Source of the DNA: an uncultured bacterium
Lineage (GTDB): Bacteria; Muiribacteriota; UBA6191; CAZXTJ01; CAYOHP01
Direction of reading: 5' to 3'
Length of the DNA stretch: 64,000 nt
Assembly (NCBI GenBank): GCA_964403795.1
Contig: CAYOHP010000008.1
Location: 16,987 to 80,986 of the forward strand
The notes below the pieces were generated by a model, which was not told the origin of the DNA, ran no database searches, and saw only the letters and a program-made list of their open reading frames with translations. Each line of letters begins with the position of its first letter. Position 1 is the stretch's first letter. Positions 25,908 to 35,234 of the stretch are shown here, in pieces. The position numbers were made by a program, and so were the translations under genes.

Positions 25908-28846
25908 TTGTGCTCCATGGTCCACACGCCGTCCCAGTCCCCCCGGGGAGGATGTTCCCTGAGCAGCGTAATCCGCTCCAGGTAGCGCATGGAAGGCGCA
26001 TCGCCGGGCCGGACCTCGAGCACCCGCCCGAATCCCGCCTCGGCCTCGTCCCAGGCCTGGGCCCGGTAGGCGGAGAGGGCCGCCTCCCAGGGCGAGAGCA
26101 GGCCGTCGTGGTTCCCCTCGCCCTTCTCGGCCAGCACCTCGAAGACGCTCGCCGGGATCGTCTTGCCCTTGACCCGGACCCGGTCGAGCTCCCGCATCAC
26201 CAGCTCGGCACCGGCGACCCGGGCGGTGTTCTCCCCGATCATCAGGTAGGTCCCGTACTCCTTGTTCAGCGCCTCGAGGCGGGCCGCCAGGTTCACCGCG
26301 TCCCCCAGCACCGTGTAGTTCTTCTTCCGCTCGGTGCCGACGTTCCCGACCACCACCGAGCCGGTGTTGATGCCGATCCTGGTCTTGACCTCGGGAAGGT
26401 CGCGGGCCCTCCACACCTTGCGGAGCGCCTCCTCGCGGGCCTTGAGCTCCAGGGCCGCCAGGCAGCAGCGCACCGCGTGGTCCGGCTGGTGGCGGGGGGC
26501 GTTGAAGACGCAGACGATGGCGTCCCCGATGAACTTGTCGACCCAGCCGCCGTAGCGCATCAGCACATCCGACATGGCGGTCAGGTACTCGTTCATGAAC
26601 ACCACAAGCTCGGGCGGGGTCATCTTCTCGGAGAATCCGGAGAAGCCCTCGATGTCCGAGAAGTAGCAGGAGACGTCGCGCTGGGTCCCCCCCAGGGCCA
26701 CCGCCGCCGGGCTCGCCTCCAGCTCCGAGACGATGTCGGGATCGAGGTAGTGCTGGAACATGGCCCGGATCTCCCGGCGCTTCCGCTCCACGGTGGCGTA
26801 GTTCCAGGAGAGCAGCGCCAGGCAGGTCCCGGCGAGCGCGATCACGGGCAGACCGACGTGGACCCATCGCCCTGCCACCAGCAGCCGGTACCCGATCTCG
26901 TAGCCGGCGGCGACCAGGGCCAGGACCAGCCCGAGGTGGCGCACCCTCTGGAACCACAGGGCGGTGGCGACGCAGAGCACCACCAGCCAGGGGAGCAACG
27001 AGAGCTGCCCGGAAGCCCGCTCCCGGAAATCGGGCGCTCCCATCTCGAGGAGGCCGGTGGGCGCCTCCCGGAGGGAGCCGGAGATCAAGGTATGGACCGC
27101 GTGCCCATGCACCTCGACCCCCGGGGTCCGGTTCCGGCCGCGGCGGGCGGTGGCGGAGAAGAAGCCCGCCTGGTCGAAGGGGGTTCGATGGAAGTCCTGG
27201 GACAGCTCGGTGACGTCCCCTACCAGCACGATGGCGTCCTGGAAGATGGTGGCCGTCTCCACCTCGAGGTGGCCGCGGTGCCCGGTGCGGGGATCCTCGA
27301 CCAGCACGGTCCTGCGACCCGCGGCGGTGTCGGGCAGCGGCCCGGGCCGAGGCGCGTAGGGGGGTGCCGGGAGGGTACGGTCCACCGCCAGCAGCGCCAG
27401 GGGCCCTTCCCCTCCTTCCACCCGGATCGCGGGAGGCTCGCGACGGGACCCGGCCCGCCGCGGTGCCCGGGCCGCCACCACGATCTCGTCGGAAAGCACC
27501 GGGACGGGATCGCCCCCCGCCTCGACCAGGACGTCCTCGCTGGCCAGGGGCGGGGTCTGGAACCCGCCGTCCGGTCCGGTGGCCACCTCGACCCGCTCCC
27601 GGTAGACCAGGTCGGCCAGGTAGCGGTCGCCCTCGAAGACCACGGCGCGATCGGCCAGGGCGACGTCGAGCCGACCGCGGATCACGCGGCTGGGCGACGG
27701 GAGCTCCACCGACACCTCACCGGCCGTGGCGGCCACATTGCTGCGGGTCGCCACCCCGAAGGCCCTCGGCCCCAGGGTGCGTCCCACCCACAACGCGTAG
27801 GGACCTGGCGACAACCCGGAGAGGACGACCTTGCCGCGTCCCCGCGCCGAGGCCCACACGCCGTCCCCCTCGGGGAGCGCGAGCACGTCGAGGTCTTCGT
27901 CGGCCGGGGCCAGGACCACCGTCAGCGAGTGGGGACCGGGCGGAGCCAGCACCGCGCGGGTCGGGTGGATCCGGCCGGACTCGAGCAGGAGTTCCTGGCC
28001 GCCCGAGCCGGCCTCCTCGTTGAGCAGGTCGGCCACCGAGACCGTGGGGATGGTCCCGCCCGGTCCCAGGAACGAGATCGGGTAGCGGCCGAAGCGGTCG
28101 ACCTCGAGCTCCCGCCCCCAGGGCAAGGTCACCCGCCCGGTGGCGAAGGCTGCTTCCGCCGGCGACCCGGGAGGAGGTGCCGAGGGTCCCCGCAGGACCA
28201 GGTCGGCGAGCTGGAGATCGAGCGAGGCGAGGGTCTGCATCCCGGGCGTCATCAGCCAGGAGGAGCCGTAACGGAGGCAGCCGTCCCGATCCTGGAAGGT
28301 GTTGACGTGGCCCACCCGGGCGACCTCGGAGAGCTCGGGCAGCGGCAGCACCAGGTCGATCCTGGAACTGGTCCCGAACGACCCGCCCACCACGCCCCGC
28401 TCTCGCTCCGCCGCCAACACCGTGTCGCGCCGGAGCGAAAGGACCCGGATCAACTCGTCGGTCCCGGGCCGCGGCATGTCCATCACCACGTCGAACCCGA
28501 TCGCCTTGGCGCCACGCTCCCGGAGCCTCTCCACGATCCGGGCATAGACTTCGCGGCTCCACGAGCCGGGCGCGAAGCCCCATCGTTTCTGGACCAGGCG
28601 ATTGGCCTCGTCATCGATCCCGAGGACGACCACGCGGGGATCGCCGGGCCGGCGGGGGATCACCCCCCGACGTTGGATCCAGGAACGTTCGAGGGCCAAC
28701 TCGAGGTCGAGGAACGGCGCCGGGAAGACCACCGCTGCCAGCCAGGTCGCGAACGCGACCAGGGTCCCCGCGACCACGGCGATGGCGGCCCGCTCCTCGC
28801 GGGGGGCGGAAAGCGACGCGGCCTCTCCGCCGGACGAGACGCTCAT
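25904..28846 (-). CDS. CHASE2-sensor adenylate/guanylate cyclase (class III nucleotidyl cyclase), with a large insertion in the periplasmic part.
   Basis: N-terminal TM plus CHASE2 hallmark (PRVVVLGIDDEANRL...REVYARIVERLRERGAKAIGFDVVMD). About 450 aa of extra periplasmic sequence follows, then TM helices. The C-terminal CYCc domain reads SCYFSDIEGFSGFSEKM...FIGDAIVCVF...IGINTGSVVVGNVGTERKKNYTVLGDAVNLAARLEA. ATG at 28844-28846. Confidence 0.8.
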   Translation of the reverse strand: MSVSSGGEAASLSAPREERAAIAVVAGTLVAFATWLAAVVFPAPFLDLELALERSWIQRRGVIPRRPGDPRVVVLGIDDEANRLVQKRWGFAPGSWSREVYARIVERLRERGAKAIGFDVVMDMPRPGTDELIRVLSLRRDTVLAAERERGVVGGSFGTSSRIDLVLPLPELSEVARVGHVNTFQDRDGCLRYGSSWLMTPGMQTLASLDLQLADLVLRGPSAPPPGSPAEAAFATGRVTLPWGRELEVDRFGRYPISFLGPGGTIPTVSVADLLNEEAGSGGQELLLESGRIHPTRAVLAPPGPHSLTVVLAPADEDLDVLALPEGDGVWASARGRGKVVLSGLSPGPYALWVGRTLGPRAFGVATRSNVAATAGEVSVELPSPSRVIRGRLDVALADRAVVFEGDRYLADLVYRERVEVATGPDGGFQTPPLASEDVLVEAGGDPVPVLSDEIVVAARAPRRAGSRREPPAIRVEGGEGPLALLAVDRTLPAPPYAPRPGPLPDTAAGRRTVLVEDPRTGHRGHLEVETATIFQDAIVLVGDVTELSQDFHRTPFDQAGFFSATARRGRNRTPGVEVHGHAVHTLISGSLREAPTGLLEMGAPDFRERASGQLSLLPWLVVLCVATALWFQRVRHLGLVLALVAAGYEIGYRLLVAGRWVHVGLPVIALAGTCLALLSWNYATVERKRREIRAMFQHYLDPDIVSELEASPAAVALGGTQRDVSCYFSDIEGFSGFSEKMTPPELVVFMNEYLTAMSDVLMRYGGWVDKFIGDAIVCVFNAPRHQPDHAVRCCLAALELKAREEALRKVWRARDLPEVKTRIGINTGSVVVGNVGTERKKNYTVLGDAVNLAARLEALNKEYGTYLMIGENTARVAGAELVMRELDRVRVKGKTIPASVFEVLAEKGEGNHDGLLSPWEAALSAYRAQAWDEAEAGFGRVLEVRPGDAPSMRYLERITLLREHPPRGDWDGVWTMEHK

Positions 28847-28882
28847 TTCCGCCCGAGAGTACCATGCACTAGCATTGCCGCC

Positions 28883-29821
28883 ATGTCGGCTCGGGTCGCC
28901 CGTTTCCTCGCCCTCTCCGTGGCAGTCCCCCTGGCGCTCCTGCCGTTCCGGATCCAGGAGTTCCTGGCCCGCCTGGCCGCCGCCGTCCTGCGCCTCTCCC
29001 TGCCCCGACGGATCGCCATCGCCCGCCGCAACCTGGCGATCGCCTTCCCCGAGCTCGAGCCCTCCGAGCGGGAGCGACTCCTCGACCGCCACTTCCGGCA
29101 CCTGGGCCGTCTGGTGGTCGACACCCTTCAGCAGCCGGCCTTCCGGTTCCGGAGCCTGCTCTGGCAGAAGGTCCATCCGGTGGGCTGGGGCCATCTCGAG
29201 GACGCGCTCCGGAAGGGTCCGAGCGCCATCCTGCTCTGCGCCCACCTCGGCTCATGGGAGATCGGCGCGGCGGTGGCGACCCTGCCGGGGGTGCGCCTGC
29301 TCTCGGTCTACAAGCCGTCCCGGCGGGGCTTCGCCGACGCCTTCGTGGCGGCCCTGCGCGAGGGCCTCCCCCAGGTGCTGCTCCCCAAGCAGGACGCGCT
29401 GCGCCCCCTGGTCCAGGGGGCCCGCTCCGGCGCCCTGCTCGGCCTGATCGCCGACCAGGGCGGTCTCGAGGAGTACACCTTCTTCGGGCGGCCGGCCCGG
29501 TTCCCGGAGGGTCCCGGCCACTTCGCAGCCAGGTTCGGCAGCCTCCCGGTTCCGTGCTTCTCGATCCGACGCGACGACGGCAGCTACGACTGCCATTGCC
29601 TGCCGCCGCTCTCCCTCCCCGAAGGCCGCGGCCGGGAGGCCAAGCGCCGGGTCATGACCGAGTACGTGGCCTTGCTCGAGACCTGGATCCGCCGCCACCC
29701 CGAGCAGTACTACTGGGTCCACGACATCTGGCGGTCGTTCAAGGACGACGCCCCCCCTCCCGGATCCGGAGCCGAAGGCCCCGAAGGCAGCCCGGACCCG
29801 GGCACCGGTACCGCGGCATGA
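28883..29821 (+). CDS. Lipid A biosynthesis late acyltransferase (LpxL/LpxM/HtrB family).
   Basis: N-terminal TM, then the LpxL-family pattern (RRNLAIAFPELEPSERERLLDRHFRHLGRLVVDTL...ILLCAHLGSWEIG...GLIADQ). It sits next to waaA, as in many Gram-negatives. Confidence 0.7.
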   Translation: MSARVARFLALSVAVPLALLPFRIQEFLARLAAAVLRLSLPRRIAIARRNLAIAFPELEPSERERLLDRHFRHLGRLVVDTLQQPAFRFRSLLWQKVHPVGWGHLEDALRKGPSAILLCAHLGSWEIGAAVATLPGVRLLSVYKPSRRGFADAFVAALREGLPQVLLPKQDALRPLVQGARSGALLGLIADQGGLEEYTFFGRPARFPEGPGHFAARFGSLPVPCFSIRRDDGSYDCHCLPPLSLPEGRGREAKRRVMTEYVALLETWIRRHPEQYYWVHDIWRSFKDDAPPPGSGAEGPEGSPDPGTGTAA

Positions 29822-31875
29822 AACTCCCCGGCTTCGTCCCGGCCGGCCGCGCCGACACCCGCGCCCTGCTCCGGGCCGAGGAGGCCGAGCGGCTGGTGGC
29901 GAGCGGGATCCTGGTCCCGGAGCGCCTGGCCACCCGGGTCAGGGGCCGCTTCCAGGGTCGGGGCACGACCGCGCTGCTGGATCTCGGCGGGATCCCGGCG
30001 GTGCTGCGCCGGTACCGCCACGGTGGCCTGCTGCGTCTCTTCTCCCGCGACCTCTACCTGGATCGTCGCGGCGTCGCCGAGGCCGCCGCCCTGGAGGAGC
30101 TCCGCGCCCGGGGGGCGCCCTGCCCTGTGCCCCTGGCGGTGCTGGAGGAGGACGCCGGCTTCGGCGGCCTGATCCGCCAGTCGCTGGCGACCCTCGCCAT
30201 CCCCGGGGCCCGGGCGGCTCCCGAGGCCCTCGCCGGCCTCCCGGTCCGGGAACGCCGACGCCGCCTCGCCCGGCTGGCGGAAGCCGTCCGTGCCCTCCAT
30301 GACGCGGGCGGGGACCACGCCGACCTGAACGCCCGGAACCTGGTCCTCGACGGCTCTGGCCGGGGCTGGGTCGTCGACCTCGACCGGGCCGTGGTCCATC
30401 CCGGCCCGCTCCCGGCCCACCGACGCGCCGCCAACCTCCGACGCCTGGCCCGCAGCTGGCGCAAGCTCGATCCCGAGGGCCGCGTCGTCTCGCCGCGGGA
30501 CGCCCTCGCCTTCGCCCGGGCCTACGCGGGGGGAAGGCTGGGAGGACTGCCCCGGGGAGCTCCCGGGGCCCCGCCACGCCCGCGGTTCCCGGCCGGCCTC
30601 GGCTACGACCTGGCGTTGCTGCTGCTCTCGCCGCTGGTGCTCGCCACCCTGGCATGGCTGGTCCTGGTGAGGGGCCGCTTCGCCGGCTCCTGGCGCCAGC
30701 GCCTCGGACTCTGCGCCCCGCCCCGGCCCCCGGGTCCCCGCCCCATCCTGGTCCATGCCGCCAGCGTGGGGGAGGCCACCTCGGCCGTCGCCCTGGTCCG
30801 GGAGCTGCGCCGCGCCTTCCCCGGGGTGCCGGTGGTGATCTCCACGTTGTCCGACGCGGGGAACGAGGCGGCCCGTCGTCTGGCTCTCGGCGATGCCGTG
30901 ACCTTCCTGCCGGCCGACCTCCCCGGGATCCCCGGCAGGTTCCTCGACCGGCTCGCCCCCCGCCTGGTCGTGATGCTCGAGACCGAGATCTGGTGCGGGT
31001 TCTACCGGGCCCTGGAGGAGCGCGGCATCCCGCTCGCCACGGCCGGTGCCCGGATCGCCCCCAACCGGGTCGGGCGCTACCGGTCGCTCGGCTTCCTCTA
31101 CCGGCGCCTGATGCGGATCCCGGACTACTTCGGGATGCAATCCCGGGACGACGCGGAACGCGTCATGGCGATGGGCGCGCCCCGGGGGCGGGTCCATGTA
31201 CCCGGCGACCTGAAGTACGACTCGGTGCTCGGCAACCTCTCGGATCCCCGCCGGGACCGCTTCCTCGCCCTGCGCCGCGGCGAGCGACCGTTCCTGGTGG
31301 CCGGGAGCGTCCATCCCGGGGAAGCCGAGGCCGTGCTCGATGCCTTCGGCTCGCTCCGGGCGCGCCGGCCCGGGGTCCGCCTGGTGATCGCCCCCCGCCA
31401 TCTCGACAAGGTCCCGGCGGTGCTGGCCGCGGCCAGGAGCCGCGGGCTCGATGCCCGGCTGCGCTCCGAGGCCGGGGCCCTGGCTTCGGCAGCGGTGATC
31501 GTCCTCGACACCATGGGAGAGCTCGCCTTCGCCTACGAGGGCTGCCGGGTGGCCTTCGTGGGAGGGAGCCTGGTGCCGGTGGGCGGCCACAGCCCGTTGG
31601 AGCCGGCGGTCTTCCGGGTGCCCGTCCTGTTCGGACCGCAGGCCTACAACTTCGCCACCACCAACCGCGCCCTGGTGGAGGCCGGGGGAGCCCGCGAGGT
31701 CGGGGACGGCATGGCCCTGGCCGCCGCCTGGGAGGAACTGCTGGCCGAGCCGCGCCGGGCCGGTGCCATGGGCGAGGCCGCCCATGGAGTGCTCGCATCC
31801 TGGGGGGGCGCATGCCGTACCATCGCGGTGGATCTCGCCACGCGATGGCCCGGCCTGTCCGGGACCTCGTCCTAG
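29818..31875 (+). CDS. waaA: Fusion protein. The N-terminal part is a Kdo kinase (KdkA / LPS-kinase fold). The C-terminal part is a 3-deoxy-D-manno-octulosonic-acid (Kdo) transferase WaaA (KdtA).
   Basis: Residues ~1-240 have the kinase-like motifs (RYRHGGLLRLFSRDLY...HDAGGDHADLNARNLVLDGSGRGWVVDLDRA). A TM follows. Residues ~260-685 carry the WaaA signature (ILVHAASVGEATSAVALVRELRRAFPGVPVVISTLSDAG...ETEIWCGFY...). The ATG overlaps the lpxL-like stop (ATGA). Confidence 0.7.
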   Translation: MKLPGFVPAGRADTRALLRAEEAERLVASGILVPERLATRVRGRFQGRGTTALLDLGGIPAVLRRYRHGGLLRLFSRDLYLDRRGVAEAAALEELRARGAPCPVPLAVLEEDAGFGGLIRQSLATLAIPGARAAPEALAGLPVRERRRRLARLAEAVRALHDAGGDHADLNARNLVLDGSGRGWVVDLDRAVVHPGPLPAHRRAANLRRLARSWRKLDPEGRVVSPRDALAFARAYAGGRLGGLPRGAPGAPPRPRFPAGLGYDLALLLLSPLVLATLAWLVLVRGRFAGSWRQRLGLCAPPRPPGPRPILVHAASVGEATSAVALVRELRRAFPGVPVVISTLSDAGNEAARRLALGDAVTFLPADLPGIPGRFLDRLAPRLVVMLETEIWCGFYRALEERGIPLATAGARIAPNRVGRYRSLGFLYRRLMRIPDYFGMQSRDDAERVMAMGAPRGRVHVPGDLKYDSVLGNLSDPRRDRFLALRRGERPFLVAGSVHPGEAEAVLDAFGSLRARRPGVRLVIAPRHLDKVPAVLAAARSRGLDARLRSEAGALASAAVIVLDTMGELAFAYEGCRVAFVGGSLVPVGGHSPLEPAVFRVPVLFGPQAYNFATTNRALVEAGGAREVGDGMALAAAWEELLAEPRRAGAMGEAAHGVLASWGGACRTIAVDLATRWPGLSGTSS

Positions 31876-31889
31876 CGGGAGGAGGCTGC

Positions 31890-33050
31890 ATGGGTTCCAG
31901 GGAAGGCCGGAAGTACCTGGTGCAGGTGTGCATGGGTCAGGCCTGGTCCGGTCCGCACATGTACCTCCTGCGGATCGCGGCCGAGGCCAGGGCCAGGGGC
32001 TACGAGAGCGTGGTCGCCACCTCGGCCGGGAGCGAGCTGGAGCGACGCTCGCTCTGCGCCGGTTTCCGCACCATCGGATTGCACGAAGACGATCGCGGCA
32101 GCTTCTGGTCGCGCCTTTCCGAGGTGATCCGGACGGGGCGCTGCGACACCGTGCACCTGCACTCGATCCGCGGCCTGCCACGCGGCTTCATCAGCCTTCC
32201 CGGGCACATCCAGATGGTCCTGACCGAGCACTCCTTCCGCTCCCGCGAGGTGTTCCACCCGCTGTCCCGGATGGCCCTCTCCCGGGTCGACATGGTGCTC
32301 GCCACCAGCGACGCGGTGGCCGCGGTCAATGGTCCGGCCCTGGGGGTGAATCCGGAACGGATCCGCAACCTGCACCACGGCGTCGACCTCCAGCGATTCC
32401 ATCCGGAGGTCCGACGTTCCCACCGGTCGAGGGCCCGGCGACGCTTCCGGTTCGGCGAGGACGACCGGGTAGTGCTGGTCCCCACCGTGTTCCGCCGGGT
32501 CAAGAATCTCGGCGTCCTGGTCTCGGCCCTGGGCCGGATGAAGAAGGACTCGGCGATCCAGCTCCTCCTCACCGGGGACTTCGAGGCCGACGCCGACTCG
32601 CGCGAGTATCGCCAGGAACTGAACCGCCAGGTGGCCGCCAACGGGGTCCGGACCCGGGTCCACCTCACCGGGTTCCTCGACGACATCGAGGAGGCCTATG
32701 CAGCCGCCGATATCGTGGCGGTGCCGACCGAACTCGAGGCCTTCGGCCTCCCGGCCATCGAGGCGATGGCCTGTAGCCTGCCGGTGGTCGGCTCCAACAA
32801 GGGGGCGTTCCCCGAACTGGTGGTCGACGGGGAGTGCGGCATCTGCCTCGACGTCCACGACGTGGAGAGCTGGACCCGTACCCTCGAGCGCCTGGCCGGG
32901 GATGCCGATCTCCGGGACCGGTTCGGGATCGCGGGGAGGACCCGGGCGGAGCGGCTCTTCTCGATCGAGGGCCACTGGGACGACCTGTTCGCGATCTACG
33001 AGGCGGGCCGCCGGCCGAGCGGGCGCGGCGAAGCCGTCCAACGGGGCTGA
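31890..33050 (+). CDS. Glycosyltransferase family 4 (GT-B, RfaG/WaaG-like), presumably for LPS core.
   Basis: GT4 C-terminal motif block (ADIVAVPTELEAFGLPAIEAMACSLPVVGSNKGAFPELVVDGECGI, the E-x7-E type). A GGAGGAGG Shine-Dalgarno sits upstream of ATG 31890. Confidence 0.75.
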   Translation: MGSREGRKYLVQVCMGQAWSGPHMYLLRIAAEARARGYESVVATSAGSELERRSLCAGFRTIGLHEDDRGSFWSRLSEVIRTGRCDTVHLHSIRGLPRGFISLPGHIQMVLTEHSFRSREVFHPLSRMALSRVDMVLATSDAVAAVNGPALGVNPERIRNLHHGVDLQRFHPEVRRSHRSRARRRFRFGEDDRVVLVPTVFRRVKNLGVLVSALGRMKKDSAIQLLLTGDFEADADSREYRQELNRQVAANGVRTRVHLTGFLDDIEEAYAAADIVAVPTELEAFGLPAIEAMACSLPVVGSNKGAFPELVVDGECGICLDVHDVESWTRTLERLAGDADLRDRFGIAGRTRAERLFSIEGHWDDLFAIYEAGRRPSGRGEAVQRG

Positions 33051-33066
33051 GGGACCACCGGCGGAC

Positions 33067-35151
33067 CTACGTCCCCGGGACCTCGAGGTCGAGGCCCACC
33101 CAGTAGACCGCCACGGCGGTCCACCGGGGCAGCCCGGAGAGCGGGCGGGGCACCAGCTCGACCCGGTTCTCGCCGGGGCGGATCGCCTCTCGCGGGATCC
33201 CTACCATGGCGACGTAGTCGGGCTTCTCCGGGTGCCGCCAGTCCCAGTGCTCGCCGAAGGAGAGGTCGGAGTACCAGGCGAGCGGGTACCCGTTCCAGAG
33301 CACCATCAGGCGGTAGGGCACGACCAGGTTCGAGATGGGGAGCACCAGCCGCGCCGAGGCCAACCGCTCCAGGGTCTCGGGGGGGAACCGGATCGCGAAC
33401 TTCTGCTCGCGGTGGCGATCGAGCCGGTAGGTCCCGTTGGTCATGCCCTGGAGGGCCTTGAGACCGATCCCCTCGATGTCTGAGTACTGGTCCCCCGGTT
33501 CGAACAACCAGGGGTAGCGGCGGTCCAACTCGTCCGTCCACGAGAACACCAGGTACCGCCCTCCCGTGACCAGGCCCTTCTCCGGGAGCACCCGCCCCGG
33601 GATGCTCACCTCGTTCGCCTGCCGGGTCTCGCCGGGATGGACCGCCTCGATCACCCGGGCAGCCCGGTAGGGCGGATCCTGGTTCCAAGCCTCCCAGTAC
33701 GCGTCGATCTGGCGAAGGCCCCCGATCCTGGACAGGAGCAGGCTGCGGAGTTCCCAGGAGACCTCCCGGGTGGTCGCGGCCTGGGCCAGTTCGTCCCGGC
33801 TGTCCTCGAAAGCCTGGCGCTCGGGCAGGGATTCGAAGCGGGCCAGCAGGGCCTCGAGGTTGGCCGAACGCGGGATCTGGCCCGAGCGGGCATCGAGCAT
33901 GGCCTTGGGGTAGGGATTCAGGAAGTCGGGGACCCCCTGGAGCCCCGGCAGCACTTCGCGATGGAGCGGACCCAGGATGGCCCCGGGGTCCACCGCGCCC
34001 AGGCGATCCACCCAGGTCTCGACCAGCGAACGCCGGCGGGCGACCTCGGCGGCATCCAGGGCCGGGGGCCCGGCCTGGGCCGAAGACCCTGGATCCGAGG
34101 CGGGCGACCCGGGTCCGGGCCGGAGACCCAGGACCCCGGCCGCGGCCAGGCCGAGGGTGCAGACCAGGCCCAGGATGATCCCGTTCCGGTGGGACGGTCC
34201 CGTGGCCGGGACCGCCGACATCGAGGAGGTGGCGGCCAGCGGCGATCCCGAGGAGGAGGCGGAGGCAGAGGCGGAGCGCCCCGGGACACGACCCGAGGGC
34301 GGGGTGATGGGGCGACTGACCACCGTCAGCTTGCCGCGGTCGGCCTCGCCGGGTAGGTCCGGGCCGGCGGTACCCGAGAGCAGGGCGAGCAGTTCCGGGA
34401 TCCCGGCCCTGCGGGCCGGATCGGGTTCGAGGGCCCGCCGGATCGCCCGCTCCGCGGTCCCCAGGTTCACAACCTTCCCGTAGGCTCCCTTGCGCTTGGC
34501 ATCGAGCATCTCGGAGACGGTCCCCCCATGGGGCGCCCTCCCGGTGCGCAGTGCGAAGAGGAGACAACCCCACGAGTAGAGGTCCGACATGGGTGTGGCG
34601 ACCTCGCCGAGCATGACCTCGGGAGCCATGTACTCGGGGGTCCCGAGGATCACCCCGGTGGCGGTGTGGACCCCGCTGCCCTTGGTCTTGGCCAGACCGA
34701 AGTCCGAGATCAGGGCCGTGCCTTCGCGGGTCAGCAGGACATTGCCGGGCTTGAGATCGCGGTGGACGATCCCCGCCTCGTGGACCGCACCCAGTCCCTC
34801 CAGGGTCTGGCGGGCCAGGTCGAGGGCGACCTCCTCGCCGGGGATGCCCCGCAGGATGCGGTCCGCCAGGCTGCCCCCCTCGGCGACCTCGGTGACCAGG
34901 TACGGGCGCCCTTCGTAGACGCCGAAAGCCATGATCTGAAGCACGTTGGGGTGCTTGACCCGGGCCAGGACCCGGGCCTCCTCCCCGAAACGGGCCGGGT
35001 CGGCGAGCGGCCCCTTGGGCTCGAGGACCTTGACCGCCACGGGACGTCCGAGTTCCAGGTCGAAGCAGCGGAACACCATGGCCGCAGCACCCGTCCCGAG
35101 CTTGCGCTCGAGGCGATAGCGATCTGCGATCACGGTCCAGGCTCCGGACAT
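33067..35151 (-). CDS. Hanks-type Ser/Thr protein kinase with a TM segment and a large extracytoplasmic C-terminal domain.
   Basis: Kinase subdomains: GTGAAAMVF (Gly loop), AVKVL (Lys), HRDLKPGNVLL (catalytic loop), DFG, and GTPEYMAPE. There is a TM at about residue 320 (IILGLVCTLGLAAAGVLGL), then ~370 aa of unknown sensor domain. Confidence 0.85.
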   Translation of the reverse strand: MSGAWTVIADRYRLERKLGTGAAAMVFRCFDLELGRPVAVKVLEPKGPLADPARFGEEARVLARVKHPNVLQIMAFGVYEGRPYLVTEVAEGGSLADRILRGIPGEEVALDLARQTLEGLGAVHEAGIVHRDLKPGNVLLTREGTALISDFGLAKTKGSGVHTATGVILGTPEYMAPEVMLGEVATPMSDLYSWGCLLFALRTGRAPHGGTVSEMLDAKRKGAYGKVVNLGTAERAIRRALEPDPARRAGIPELLALLSGTAGPDLPGEADRGKLTVVSRPITPPSGRVPGRSASASASSSGSPLAATSSMSAVPATGPSHRNGIILGLVCTLGLAAAGVLGLRPGPGSPASDPGSSAQAGPPALDAAEVARRRSLVETWVDRLGAVDPGAILGPLHREVLPGLQGVPDFLNPYPKAMLDARSGQIPRSANLEALLARFESLPERQAFEDSRDELAQAATTREVSWELRSLLLSRIGGLRQIDAYWEAWNQDPPYRAARVIEAVHPGETRQANEVSIPGRVLPEKGLVTGGRYLVFSWTDELDRRYPWLFEPGDQYSDIEGIGLKALQGMTNGTYRLDRHREQKFAIRFPPETLERLASARLVLPISNLVVPYRLMVLWNGYPLAWYSDLSFGEHWDWRHPEKPDYVAMVGIPREAIRPGENRVELVPRPLSGLPRWTAVAVYWVGLDLEVPGT

Positions 35152-35234
35152 CGGGTCCGGCCAGTGTAGCCCCGGCCTACCGCTCTCCCCCTTCCCGGGC
35201 TACGCTCGGCCCCGATCGGAAGGGAGGGGAACCC

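Noticed and set aside
22254-25985. 1243-aa plus-strand ORF, plus the many other long Arg/Gly/Pro-rich ORFs in the track (for example 355..1254, 13029..15284, 15412..16962, 21535..23778, 45781..47898, 46767..48572, 53503..55440 5' part, 57071..59053, 57093..58919, 29710..32181).
   Set aside because: All are opposite-strand or out-of-frame shadows of motif-supported genes. The translations are homopolymeric or low-complexity (RGRGR, PGPG, AAAA runs) and lack any recognisable fold signature.
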